Source: Candidatus Dormiibacterota bacterium (GTDB lineage Bacteria; Chloroflexota; Dormibacteria; Aeolococcales; Aeolococcaceae). Taken from it: a stretch of DNA of 30,322 bases. Below the pieces are notes generated by a model. That model was not told where the DNA came from, did no database searches, and saw nothing but the letters and a program-made list of their open reading frames with translations. Both the position numbers and the translations under genes were made by a program. Numbering within the stretch: the first letter of the stretch is position 1; each line of letters begins with the position of its first letter. The stretch is from positions 1 through 30,322 of the forward strand of contig JAFAJR010000091.1 of the NCBI GenBank assembly GCA_019236085.1. Direction: 5' to 3'. This document shows, piece by piece, positions 8,754 to 16,858 of this stretch.

Positions 8754-9617
8754 TCAGTGCACCGCGGCTTTGGAGAACGTGCGCACCGCCAGAGTCACGC
8801 CGAGAACCGCGAACACCGCCACCACGCCGAGGCTGAGCGCCGCCATGGCGGTTGGGTTGCTCATGCCCCAGATGTTCGTGAGCCCGCTCGCCCGCGCTCC
8901 CATCAGTCCGTACCGCACCACCGCCAGCGCATGCGTCAACGGCAGGAACTTGGCGAACACATCGAGGAAGCCGGGAAGAACGCTGATGGGGAACAGCGAG
9001 CCGGCGAAGAACCAGGGCACGATCGCCACCGCCGGCGTCGCGCTGATGAACTCCTCCTGGCGGCCGATGCGGCTGGCCATCGCTTCTGCGATGCCGTACA
9101 TCCCGATCGTGAACAGGAGCACCGCACCCACGAACCAGGCAAGGCCCGCCGCGGTGATGTCGAACGTTGCGCCGCGGATTGCAGCCAGCACCACGAGGAC
9201 CGCGAGCTGCACGGCGGTGATGGCGACCACCACCACCAGGTTGCCCAGCACCAGCAACGCCCGCCGCACCGGGGCGGCCAGCAGCTCACGCTGCGCACCG
9301 CTGAGGCGGTCGACGATGACGCTGAGCCCGGCAAACTGCGTATTGAGCGGGATCAGCAGGCCGACGGTCGCCAGCGCCACGAACGACATGTAATCGACGC
9401 CGCCGTGCGTGGCGCCGAGTGCGTCGCGCAACGCCGGCGCGATCACCAGGGCGAACAGCACCGGTGTCAGCAGCGGCACCACCAGCTCGCGCGGCGTGCG
9501 GACGCTCAGGGCAAAGCGCCGGGCTGCAAGGGTCCGTAGCGCATTGAAAGCAGCGGGTCGCGGCGCGGCGCTGCGTGTCCTCACAGGCAGCGGACGGATG
9601 GCGGTCATGGTCGTCAT
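8754..9617 (-). CDS. ABC-2 type exporter permease (DrrB-like)
   Basis: About 6 TM helices. Motifs IVDRLSGAQRELLAAPVRR, FAGSLFPI and PLTHALAVVR. SD AAGGAG 8 nt upstream of ATG 9617. Confidence 0.9.
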   Translation of the reverse strand: MTTMTAIRPLPVRTRSAAPRPAAFNALRTLAARRFALSVRTPRELVVPLLTPVLFALVIAPALRDALGATHGGVDYMSFVALATVGLLIPLNTQFAGLSVIVDRLSGAQRELLAAPVRRALLVLGNLVVVVAITAVQLAVLVVLAAIRGATFDITAAGLAWFVGAVLLFTIGMYGIAEAMASRIGRQEEFISATPAVAIVPWFFAGSLFPISVLPGFLDVFAKFLPLTHALAVVRYGLMGARASGLTNIWGMSNPTAMAALSLGVVAVFAVLGVTLAVRTFSKAAVH

Positions 9618-9656
9618 CACGAGTTCTCCTTGTGCAGCAAATGAATCCAACGTCAG

Positions 9657-10604
9657 TTACGCGGCGCCGGCGAAGGTGTTGCCGGTGAGCCGCAGGTACA
9701 CGTCGTCAAGCGACGGCTGGCGCGTCGCCAGCGCCGTGATGTCGAGGCTCATGCCCCTGATGGCGGCGACCACCTCCGGTGCATCGCCGTTGCGCATCGG
9801 CAGCGTCACGGTGCCGCCGACGACAAAGGCCGCGTCGTCGGCAATGCCCCGTCCACGGAGCATCGACAGGGCATGCGAACCGTCGCCACGCACGCGCAGC
9901 TCCACCACCTCGTGGCCGAGCGATGCGAGCAACGCAGGCGGCGTGTCGAGCGCCACGATCTCGCCTTCGTGCATGATCGCCACCCGGTCACACAGGCGCT
10001 CAGCCTCATCGAGGTAGTGCGTTGTGAGCAAGATTGTCATGCCAGTGCTGCGCAGGCCGGCGATGACATCGATCAGCTCGTGACGAATGCGGGGATCGAG
10101 CCCCACGGTCGGTTCGTCCAAAAACAACACCTGCGGGTCCGACACCAGCGCGCGTGCGATCTCCAGACGCCGCCGCTGGCCACCGCTGTAGATGGCGACT
10201 GGACGGTCGATGATGTCGCTGATGCCGAGCGTTGCACTCAGCTCGTCGATGCGCGCAGCGCCGCCGACGTTCCAGAGTCGCGAATGGATCTCGACGTTGC
10301 GCCGTCCGGTCAGTGTGAGGTCCAGCACCTGGTCCTGGAACACGACGCTGCTCGCCGCACGCGCAGCCAGCGGCTCGCGCACCACGTCGTGTCCGGCCAC
10401 GCGCGCGGCGCCGCCGGTGGGCCGCACCGTGGTGGTGAGGATGCCGATCGTCGTCGACTTTCCCGCGCCGTTCGGCCCCAGCAGTCCGAACACCTCGCCA
10501 CGTGACACCGTGAAGTCGATGCCTCGCACCGCCTCTACGCCGCCTGCGTACACCTTGCGCAGCGACTGCACTTCAATCGCCGCACCGTCAATCTCATCAT
10601 TCAT
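9657..10604 (-). CDS. ABC exporter ATP-binding protein (DrrA-like)
   Basis: Walker A GPNGAGKS, signature YSGGQ, Walker B LFLDEP, H-loop TTHY, C-terminal PSLDDVYLRLTG. SD GAGGAG. Confidence 0.95.
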   Translation of the reverse strand: MNDEIDGAAIEVQSLRKVYAGGVEAVRGIDFTVSRGEVFGLLGPNGAGKSTTIGILTTTVRPTGGAARVAGHDVVREPLAARAASSVVFQDQVLDLTLTGRRNVEIHSRLWNVGGAARIDELSATLGISDIIDRPVAIYSGGQRRRLEIARALVSDPQVLFLDEPTVGLDPRIRHELIDVIAGLRSTGMTILLTTHYLDEAERLCDRVAIMHEGEIVALDTPPALLASLGHEVVELRVRGDGSHALSMLRGRGIADDAAFVVGGTVTLPMRNGDAPEVVAAIRGMSLDITALATRQPSLDDVYLRLTGNTFAGAA

Positions 10605-10656
10605 CGTCGCTTCTCCTCGATGGTCGCCATCGCCGCGTCTGCGGCAGCGTGGAATG

Positions 10657-10683
10657 GACGGCCTCATACCCTTCGGTGTGACA
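10657..10683 (-). promoter_or_regulatory. ECF41-type promoter driving the ABC exporter
   Basis: Minus strand TGTCACA (10683-10677), exactly 16 nt, CGTC (10660-10657). This matches the ECF41 consensus TGTCACA-N16-CGTC. Confidence 0.85.
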
Positions 10684-10694
10684 CCCGCGGCTGA

Positions 10695-10721
10695 TGTCAC
10701 ATCGCGGCCCCCTGCTTCGTC
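10695..10721 (+). promoter_or_regulatory. ECF41-type autoregulatory promoter
   Basis: TGTCACA (10695-10701), exactly 16 nt, CGTC (10718-10721), ending 33 nt upstream of the sigma ATG. Confidence 0.85.
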
Positions 10722-10754
10722 CTACAGTGGATGCGAGCCCATGAGGACAGCGCC

Positions 10755-11699
10755 ATGAAGCAGCCCGAGTCCAGCGATCCGATCGTCCTCGCGGCGTGGC
10801 ACGAGCACCGCGGCCACCTGCTCGACGTCGCGTACCGCATGCTGGGCTCTGTCAGCGACGCCGAGGACGTGGTGCAGGACGCCTTCGCGCGCCTGCTTCG
10901 TGCGGACACTGGGTCGATCGACGACGTGCGCGCCTGGCTGGTCGTGGTCACCAGCCGGCTTTGCCTCGACCAGCTGCGATCCGCTCGGGTTCGCCGCGAG
11001 GCGTACGTCGGCCCGTGGCTTCCCGAGCCGGTCATCGCCGTGGACGAGCAACTGCTTCCCGAGGAGCGCATCACGCTCGATGAGAGCGTGCGGATGGCGC
11101 TGCTGCTCGTGCTCGAACGCCTATCGCCCGCGGAACGAGTTGCGTTCATCCTCCACGACGTCTTCGAGTACTCCTTCGATGACATCTCTCGGGTGATGGG
11201 CAAGACCTCCGCCGCATGCCGCCAGCTGGCGAGCAGGGCGAGGCGTCATGTGAACCAGGAGGGCGCCGGGTTGCGCGGTGTCATCGACCCGGTCGAGGCA
11301 CGCCGTGTCGCCGACCGCTTCATCGCCGCGGCGACGACCGGCGATCTGCACGGTCTGCTCGAGCTGCTGGACCCCGAGGCGGCAGGCTGGACCGACTCCG
11401 GCGGCCTTGTCGCGGCACCGCGCGACCGCCTGGTTGGGCGGCAGCGCGTTGCCGAACGGTTCCTGTGGTGGCTGCGCACCTTCGAGATCACGCTCGAACC
11501 CATGCCCGTGAACGCTGCAGCAGGTGCACTGGCGATGCAGCACGGAGACCTCATGGCGGTGCTGGTGTTCGAGATCGACTCGGGCCGGGTCGCGACCATC
11601 CATTCGGTGGCCAACCCCGAGAAGCTGCGCCATGTCAAGGCGGCGCTCGACCGCGCTGCCGCACAATCGGACGGTGCCGCCAGCAGTCTGGCTCACTGA
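10755..11699 (+). CDS. sigJ: ECF41 (SigJ-like) sigma factor with fused SnoaL-like C-terminal domain
   Basis: AYRMLGSVSDAEDVVQ, linker YVGPWLPEP, AFILHDVF, DSGG (variant of DGGG) and NPEKL, which are the ECF41 signature motifs. Confidence 0.92.
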   Translation: MKQPESSDPIVLAAWHEHRGHLLDVAYRMLGSVSDAEDVVQDAFARLLRADTGSIDDVRAWLVVVTSRLCLDQLRSARVRREAYVGPWLPEPVIAVDEQLLPEERITLDESVRMALLLVLERLSPAERVAFILHDVFEYSFDDISRVMGKTSAACRQLASRARRHVNQEGAGLRGVIDPVEARRVADRFIAAATTGDLHGLLELLDPEAAGWTDSGGLVAAPRDRLVGRQRVAERFLWWLRTFEITLEPMPVNAAAGALAMQHGDLMAVLVFEIDSGRVATIHSVANPEKLRHVKAALDRAAAQSDGAASSLAH

Positions 11700-12585
11700 C
11701 ACCATTCCCGATTCGCTGCGCACGGTGCTGCCGGACGGCATCGACGTGCACGTTGCGCCGCCCGCCTTGCCCGATCATCTCGGCTCGGGCGAGATGCTCA
11801 TCGGCCAGTTCTCACCCGAACGCACAGTCGATGTGATGCGTCGCATCGATGGCCTGCGCGTCGTGCAGGTCATGAGTGCCGGCGTCGATTCCATCGTGCC
11901 GCAGATGGCGTCCGGCGTCATCTTGTGCAACGGCTCCGGCGTGCACGACTCATCTGTGGCCGAATGGGTGGTGATGGCGACACTCGCGATGCGCCGCAAG
12001 CTGCCTGAACACGTCCTCTCGCAACAGTCTCAGCATTGGGAGTGGACCAGCGGCGGGGCCGACCTCGAAGACGCCACGGTGCTCATCGTCGGATACGGCT
12101 CCATCGGCGCTGCGGTGGAGGCGCGCGTGCTTCCCTTCGGAGCACGCGTCGAGCGCGTGGCCCGAACAACACGAGACGGCGTGCACGCTGCAGACGATCT
12201 GTCGTCCCTGCTGCCTCAGGCCGACGTCGTCGTCATCCTGGTGCCGCTCACAGCCGCGACGCACCACATTGTCGACGCCGCGTTCATCACGCGCATGAAG
12301 CCCGGCGCCCTGCTGGTCAACGCGGCACGGGGGCCCGTCGTCGACACCGACGCACTGCTCGAGGCGCTGCGAGCCGAGCGCATCGCGGCAGCGCTTGATG
12401 TGACCGATCCGGAGCCTCTGCCTGACGGCCATCCGCTGTGGTCGGCGCCGAATGTACTCATCACGCCGCACATCGGCGGCGCTGTGACGCGAGTGTTCGA
12501 ACGTGGATGGCGGTTCGCCGGCGAGCAGGTGCGGCGCTACATCGCCGGCGAGCCACTGCGCAACGTCGTCAGCGACGGGTACTGA
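11674..12585 (+). CDS. D-isomer-specific 2-hydroxyacid dehydrogenase
   Basis: GYGSIG Rossmann motif, NAARG, DVTDPEPL and TPHIGG catalytic motifs. The GTG 11674 start is inferred and overlaps the sigJ 3' end by 26 nt. Confidence 0.9.
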   Translation: MPPAVWLTDTIPDSLRTVLPDGIDVHVAPPALPDHLGSGEMLIGQFSPERTVDVMRRIDGLRVVQVMSAGVDSIVPQMASGVILCNGSGVHDSSVAEWVVMATLAMRRKLPEHVLSQQSQHWEWTSGGADLEDATVLIVGYGSIGAAVEARVLPFGARVERVARTTRDGVHAADDLSSLLPQADVVVILVPLTAATHHIVDAAFITRMKPGALLVNAARGPVVDTDALLEALRAERIAAALDVTDPEPLPDGHPLWSAPNVLITPHIGGAVTRVFERGWRFAGEQVRRYIAGEPLRNVVSDGY

Positions 12586-12634
12586 GGGACCGCCGGCGTC
12601 GCCCGGCCGCAACCGGCCCCTGTTACGCTGCGGC

Positions 12635-13648
12635 GTGGAGGTTGTGAGACTGCCCCGGTTCCCCCTTCGCCTGCTGCGCCGCTACTGGGCCGAGCTGTTC
12701 GCGTTTGCGGGTCTGGTCGCCCTCATCATCGGCGTCAACCCGCCCAAGCTGGGCCATGCATTCGCCCATGTCAGCTGGCCCCTGGCGCTGGGCATGGTGC
12801 CCGTAGTGCTCGCGCTCTACCTCTGCCGCGGCACTGCATGGTGGTATGCGCTGCGTGGCATCGGCGAGCACGCGCGCTTCTCGCAGGTGCAGACGATCGA
12901 GCTCGCCGGCCAGGTGATGATCATCCTTCCGATGGGCGACCTCGCCCGGGTCGCCATGGTGCGCGACGCCGACCGCGAGCACGGCATCGGCGCCATCACC
13001 GCGACCGTAGCGTTGCAGGAGCTGCTGTACATGTGGATGGTGAGCCTCGGTGCGCTGCCGCAGCTCGCGCAGCGCCACGACGTCGCGCTGTTCATGCTCA
13101 TCTCCACCTTCGGCTTCGGCTTCGTGTTCGCCGTCATCCTCTGGGAGCCGTTGTACCAGCGCGCGATCCGCATCGTGGAGCACGTGCGCGTGCTGCGCCG
13201 TTTCGACCAGCAGCTGCACGAAATACGGCCCGCCTTCGTCACGTTGTGCAAGCCACGTACGCTCCTGCCAATCGCTGCATACCAAGCGCTTGCGGCAGTG
13301 CTCTCGTTCTTCCTCTTCTACATGGCGCTGCTCGCAGTTGGGGTCACCAATGTCTCGTACATCACCGCTGTGTTCGTGCTCGGCGTCAGCTACACCTTCT
13401 CAGCGATCAGCTTTCTGCCCCTTGGCATCGGCGCCTTCGAGGGCCTGCTGACGGTCATCATGCTCACCTACGGCATCCCTGCCGCAACCGGCGCCGCGGC
13501 GGCGCTCATCTACCGCGGCTACAACGACGTACTCATGGCGGCGATCGGCGGGCCCGCATTGTTGTTTGTGCGGCGCATGCAGCGCAGCGGTCGGTGGCGC
13601 GGTGCTGCACCTGCGGAACCACGCCGCACGGTAACCGCCACGAGCTGA
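12635..13648 (+). CDS. Lysylphosphatidylglycerol synthase TM-region / flippase-like membrane protein (YbhN/UPF0104)
   Basis: About 8 TM helices, a GDLARV motif and PLGIGAFEG (variant of PGG.G..E). The start is uncertain (GTG 12635 or 12644). Confidence 0.8.
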   Translation: MEVVRLPRFPLRLLRRYWAELFAFAGLVALIIGVNPPKLGHAFAHVSWPLALGMVPVVLALYLCRGTAWWYALRGIGEHARFSQVQTIELAGQVMIILPMGDLARVAMVRDADREHGIGAITATVALQELLYMWMVSLGALPQLAQRHDVALFMLISTFGFGFVFAVILWEPLYQRAIRIVEHVRVLRRFDQQLHEIRPAFVTLCKPRTLLPIAAYQALAAVLSFFLFYMALLAVGVTNVSYITAVFVLGVSYTFSAISFLPLGIGAFEGLLTVIMLTYGIPAATGAAAALIYRGYNDVLMAAIGGPALLFVRRMQRSGRWRGAAPAEPRRTVTATS

Positions 13649-13669
13649 TCTCCGGCTACAATCCGCGCC

Positions 13670-14125
13670 ATGGCGTGGTGGTACTCCCTGCTGCTGACGA
13701 TCCACATCCTGTCGGCGATCACCGCCGTTGGGTCCAACCTGACCTATGGCGTGTGGGCCGCACGAGGAACCATCGAGTCGCAGCACCTCGCGTTCGTCCT
13801 GCGCGGCATCAAGTTCATCGACGACCGCATCGCCAACCCTGCGTACGGCCTGCTGCTTGCGACCGGCGTGACCATGTGGCTCACCACGTGGCCGCTGGGA
13901 ACACGCTGGATCATCTCCGGCCTCATCCTGTATGCCTTGGTCGCGGTGCTCGCCATCACCATGATCTCGCCTGCGCTGAACAAGGAGATCGCGGCCGTCG
14001 AAACTCAGGGACCCACGTCCCCTGAAGCGCTGGCCTATGCCTCCCGGGTGCGCGGCGTCGGCATCTTCGTGAGCGTCGTGGTGCTCGCCATCGTTTTCGT
14101 GATGGTGTTCAAGCCCGCATTCTGA
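13670..14125 (+). CDS. DUF2269-like 4-TM membrane protein
   Basis: IHILSAITAVGSN motif and four TM helices. TACAAT lies 7 nt before the ATG (leaderless). Confidence 0.8.
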   Translation: MAWWYSLLLTIHILSAITAVGSNLTYGVWAARGTIESQHLAFVLRGIKFIDDRIANPAYGLLLATGVTMWLTTWPLGTRWIISGLILYALVAVLAITMISPALNKEIAAVETQGPTSPEALAYASRVRGVGIFVSVVVLAIVFVMVFKPAF

Positions 14126-14141
14126 TCGGGCTGGGATCAGA
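14121..14141. terminator. Hairpin spanning two convergent stop codons
   Basis: TCTGATC-N7-GATCAGA includes both stop codons. There is no U-tract. Confidence 0.35.
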
Positions 14142-14727
14142 CGTGGCGGCCGAGAAAGGCCGCCAGGCGGTCTGTGGGACATGCATCTGCCGGCGCCGGG
14201 CGCTCCGGACCGTACACACCCGTGTCTCGCGGCACCAGGTACTTCAACAGGTGCAGCACACGCAGACATTCGTCTGCGACGTCGGGAGCGAGGTCGGTGG
14301 GCTGCCCCGTGGCTCGCGCCAGGTCCCAGGCGTGCACCAGCATGTCGTTGGTGCAGTGCTGCACGGTGGCAGCGATGGACAGCGCCCCGAACGGCGTGAA
14401 GAAGCACGGCTCGACGACGTGGTCGGAGATGAACGCCAGTGCCGTGCGCTCCACCGAGTGCGCGAAGGCCGCGGTCAGAAAGGCGTCGTCCACCCACTGT
14501 TGATCCTGGTGCGTGCGTCCCGCGACGGTGTCTCCGTACAGTTCGTTGACATCGATCACGTGGTGGATGAGCTCACGCACGTTCCAGGCGGGACACGGCG
14601 TGAAGTTCGTCATGCGGTGCCGCGGGATGCCGCGCAGCACGCGCATGATGGCATCGCATGCCAGCGCATAGTCGCTGAGCAGCGTCTCGCTGAAGCGCAG
14701 GGCCGGCCCGCCTCCCGCCACCGCCAT
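14137..14727 (-). CDS. TIGR03086-family metal-binding protein (DinB/MDMPI superfamily)
   Basis: TPCPAWNVRELIHHV and HAWDLARATGQ motifs. ATG 14727 lies 8 nt after the extended -10 TGcTATCGT. Confidence 0.88.
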   Translation of the reverse strand: MAVAGGGPALRFSETLLSDYALACDAIMRVLRGIPRHRMTNFTPCPAWNVRELIHHVIDVNELYGDTVAGRTHQDQQWVDDAFLTAAFAHSVERTALAFISDHVVEPCFFTPFGALSIAATVQHCTNDMLVHAWDLARATGQPTDLAPDVADECLRVLHLLKYLVPRDTGVYGPERPAPADACPTDRLAAFLGRHV

Positions 14728-14745
14728 CGGTGCGGACGATAGCAA

Positions 14746-15876
14746 TCAGCCCATCAGGCGCAGCATCGCCGGGCCGCCGGTGCGGAGGAAGCGCACGCCG
14801 AGCAGCGCTGCAACAGTCAGCAGCACGATGTTGGCGACCGTTCCCGCGTCCCACGCAACACCCGCACCGAACGCGGCGAGCGTGTGCGACGCAGGAATCG
14901 CACCGATCGCATGGAACAACGCTGCCACCGCAAGGCCTGCGGCGGCCATCGCAGCAAACGACACGACGAAGAGGTACGCAGCGGGGCGAACACCGTAGTA
15001 GCGGCGGTAGATGTCGAGGATCGGCAGGATGACGAGGTCGCCGAAGATGAATGCGATGGCGCCGGCAAAGCCGATGCCGGCACGCCACAGCGTTGCAGCC
15101 AGCGGCACGTTGCCCACCGAGCACACGAAGCTGAGCATGGCGACGAGCGGTCCGATGAAGGCGTCCCACACGTCGCTCCACACCCCGTGCCCGCTGAGAA
15201 ACAGCGCCGCCCACCACGAGCTCGGCACCCAGGATGCGAGCGCTCCGGCGATGAGAAAGCCCAGCAGCAGGTCGAGCCACAGGCTGTACACGTTCATGAA
15301 GAAGTAATGGCTCACACCTGTCAGCGCTCGCGAGGAGAAGGCGCGGCGCAGCAGCGGACCGTCGGTGACCGACATGTCCATGGCGGCATGTCCCTCCATG
15401 CGTCCCTGGACGCCGCGTTCCGCCTGCGCCCTCGCTGCAGTGACGAGTGACGGCCGCAGCGTGGCGCGGAACAGCAGCGCCAGCAGCACAACCATGATCA
15501 CGCCGCCGGCGAGCTCGGCACCGAGGAACTGCCAGCCCAGGAGCACGACCAGCACCAGCCCCAGCTCGAACACGAGATTCGTGGAAGCGAATTCGAAGAT
15601 GATGGCGTTGCCGAACGACGCGCCCTTGCGGAACAACGTGCGGGCCACCGCGACCGCGGCATACGAGCACGATGACGACGCTGCGCCGAACAGCGTTGCC
15701 AGCGTCACGCCGCGCACCGAATCGCGTCCCAGAGCCCGGCTGACCGCCTGTTTCGGCACCAGCGTTTCGATTGTGGCCGACAGCAGAAAGCCCAGCAGCA
15801 GCGGCCAGAGCACCTGCCAGAACATCGTGCCGGCAAGGCGCAGCGCATCGGCGATGTGCTGCACGACAACCATCAT
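14746..15876 (-). CDS. Predicted permease (DUF318/ArsP_1 family)
   Basis: SSCSYAA, FEFASTNLVFELG and FVCSVGNVPLA motifs. Multiple TM helices and a Met/His-containing loop (RMEGHAAMDMS). Confidence 0.88.
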   Translation of the reverse strand: MMVVVQHIADALRLAGTMFWQVLWPLLLGFLLSATIETLVPKQAVSRALGRDSVRGVTLATLFGAASSSCSYAAVAVARTLFRKGASFGNAIIFEFASTNLVFELGLVLVVLLGWQFLGAELAGGVIMVVLLALLFRATLRPSLVTAARAQAERGVQGRMEGHAAMDMSVTDGPLLRRAFSSRALTGVSHYFFMNVYSLWLDLLLGFLIAGALASWVPSSWWAALFLSGHGVWSDVWDAFIGPLVAMLSFVCSVGNVPLAATLWRAGIGFAGAIAFIFGDLVILPILDIYRRYYGVRPAAYLFVVSFAAMAAAGLAVAALFHAIGAIPASHTLAAFGAGVAWDAGTVANIVLLTVAALLGVRFLRTGGPAMLRLMG

Positions 15877-15901
15877 TCAGCGGCGCCCGTGCGGCGCAGT
15901 G

Positions 15902-16339
15902 TCAGTCCGGGAAGCCGTGCGCCCGGTTCCACTCCTGGGCGCCGCGGGCCGCGTCGATGATGCCCACGATCCAGGCCACGAATGCGATGGGCCACACCAC
16001 CGCCATCGTGATGAAGATGCCTGCTGGCCAGTTGGCGGCGAAGTACCCGGGCCGGCACAGCCGTTGAAAGCAGTCAGGGAACGTGCCGGCGATGGTGGCG
16101 AAGTTCACCGCGAACACCACGAAGAAGGTGATGACGCAAGCGACGAAGACCCCGAGCACCGCGGCACCCCAGCGCCACCGGCCCTGCAGCAGCGAGCCCA
16201 GTCCCGGCACGAACACGCTCGCCAGCAGGTACGGCCAGAGGCTGCGGCGCTGCGGCGTGCCGGGCTGCCACGCCGGCACCCACTGGTAGCCGTTCCACCA
16301 GAAGCGGCCGTCGGCCGAATACTGCGGCGGCGTCTGCAC
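15902..16339 (-). CDS. Membrane protein with a DUF2510-like N-terminus and a TM2-like hairpin
   Basis: QYSADGRFWWNGYQW N-terminus, SVFVPGLGSLLQGRW, 3 TM helices and a CxxxxC loop. The GTG lies 7 nt after TAAGGT. Confidence 0.7.
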   Translation of the reverse strand: MQTPPQYSADGRFWWNGYQWVPAWQPGTPQRRSLWPYLLASVFVPGLGSLLQGRWRWGAAVLGVFVACVITFFVVFAVNFATIAGTFPDCFQRLCRPGYFAANWPAGIFITMAVVWPIAFVAWIVGIIDAARGAQEWNRAHGFPD

Positions 16340-16372
16340 GGCCCTTACCTTAGCCCGTCGAAGAGTGCGTCG

Positions 16373-16540
16373 CTACCGCCACAACGCTCTCCAAATGCCG
16401 GCGCGAGCCAGCGCGCGTCCGACGATCTTGTTCTTCGCTCGCCGCGCGATGCGGTGCGGGTTGCCCGAGGCCAGGGTCGAGATGTCGTTGGCCAGGCGTG
16501 CGGTCCGGTACAGGCTCGAGACGAATGACCTACGCCTCAT
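16373..16540 (-). CDS. 55-aa very basic microprotein
   Basis: MRRRSFVSSLYRTARLANDISTLASGNPHRIARRAKNKIVGRALARAGIWRALWR has 12 R + 2 K and 1 D. The ATG overlaps the upstream gene end by 11 nt (translational coupling). Confidence 0.65.
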   Translation of the reverse strand: MRRRSFVSSLYRTARLANDISTLASGNPHRIARRAKNKIVGRALARAGIWRALWR

Positions 16541-16820
16541 CGAGAGCCTCAGCCACAAAGTGCTGAGCGTCGGCGGCCAGCTCCTCGCGTTCGTGCTCGT
16601 CCTTCTCGGCCAGCTCTATCAGCCGCTGCGCCGCATCACGATGCTGCGTCCCGATGACCAAACCAACTGTGAGCCAGTAGTCCGCCGTCTCCATCAGGAG
16701 CGCGTGGAGTTCCTCCGGCACTTCTGCGCGCACGTCTGCCATCGAGTGGAGCAGGGCCTTGCCGTACGTCTCCCACTCGGGAGGTTCGGCTGAATGAGTC
16801 GAATGACCGCCGTCCGCCAT
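16530..16820 (-). CDS. 96-aa acidic helical hypothetical protein
   Basis: SD GGAGG 7 nt upstream. 22 D/E vs 6 K/R and 7 His. GC-type codon usage. Confidence 0.8.
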   Translation of the reverse strand: MADGGHSTHSAEPPEWETYGKALLHSMADVRAEVPEELHALLMETADYWLTVGLVIGTQHRDAAQRLIELAEKDEHEREELAADAQHFVAEALDEA

Positions 16821-16858
16821 CAGGAGTCCTCCGTTTTCGCGATCGCCCTTCGGTCAGC

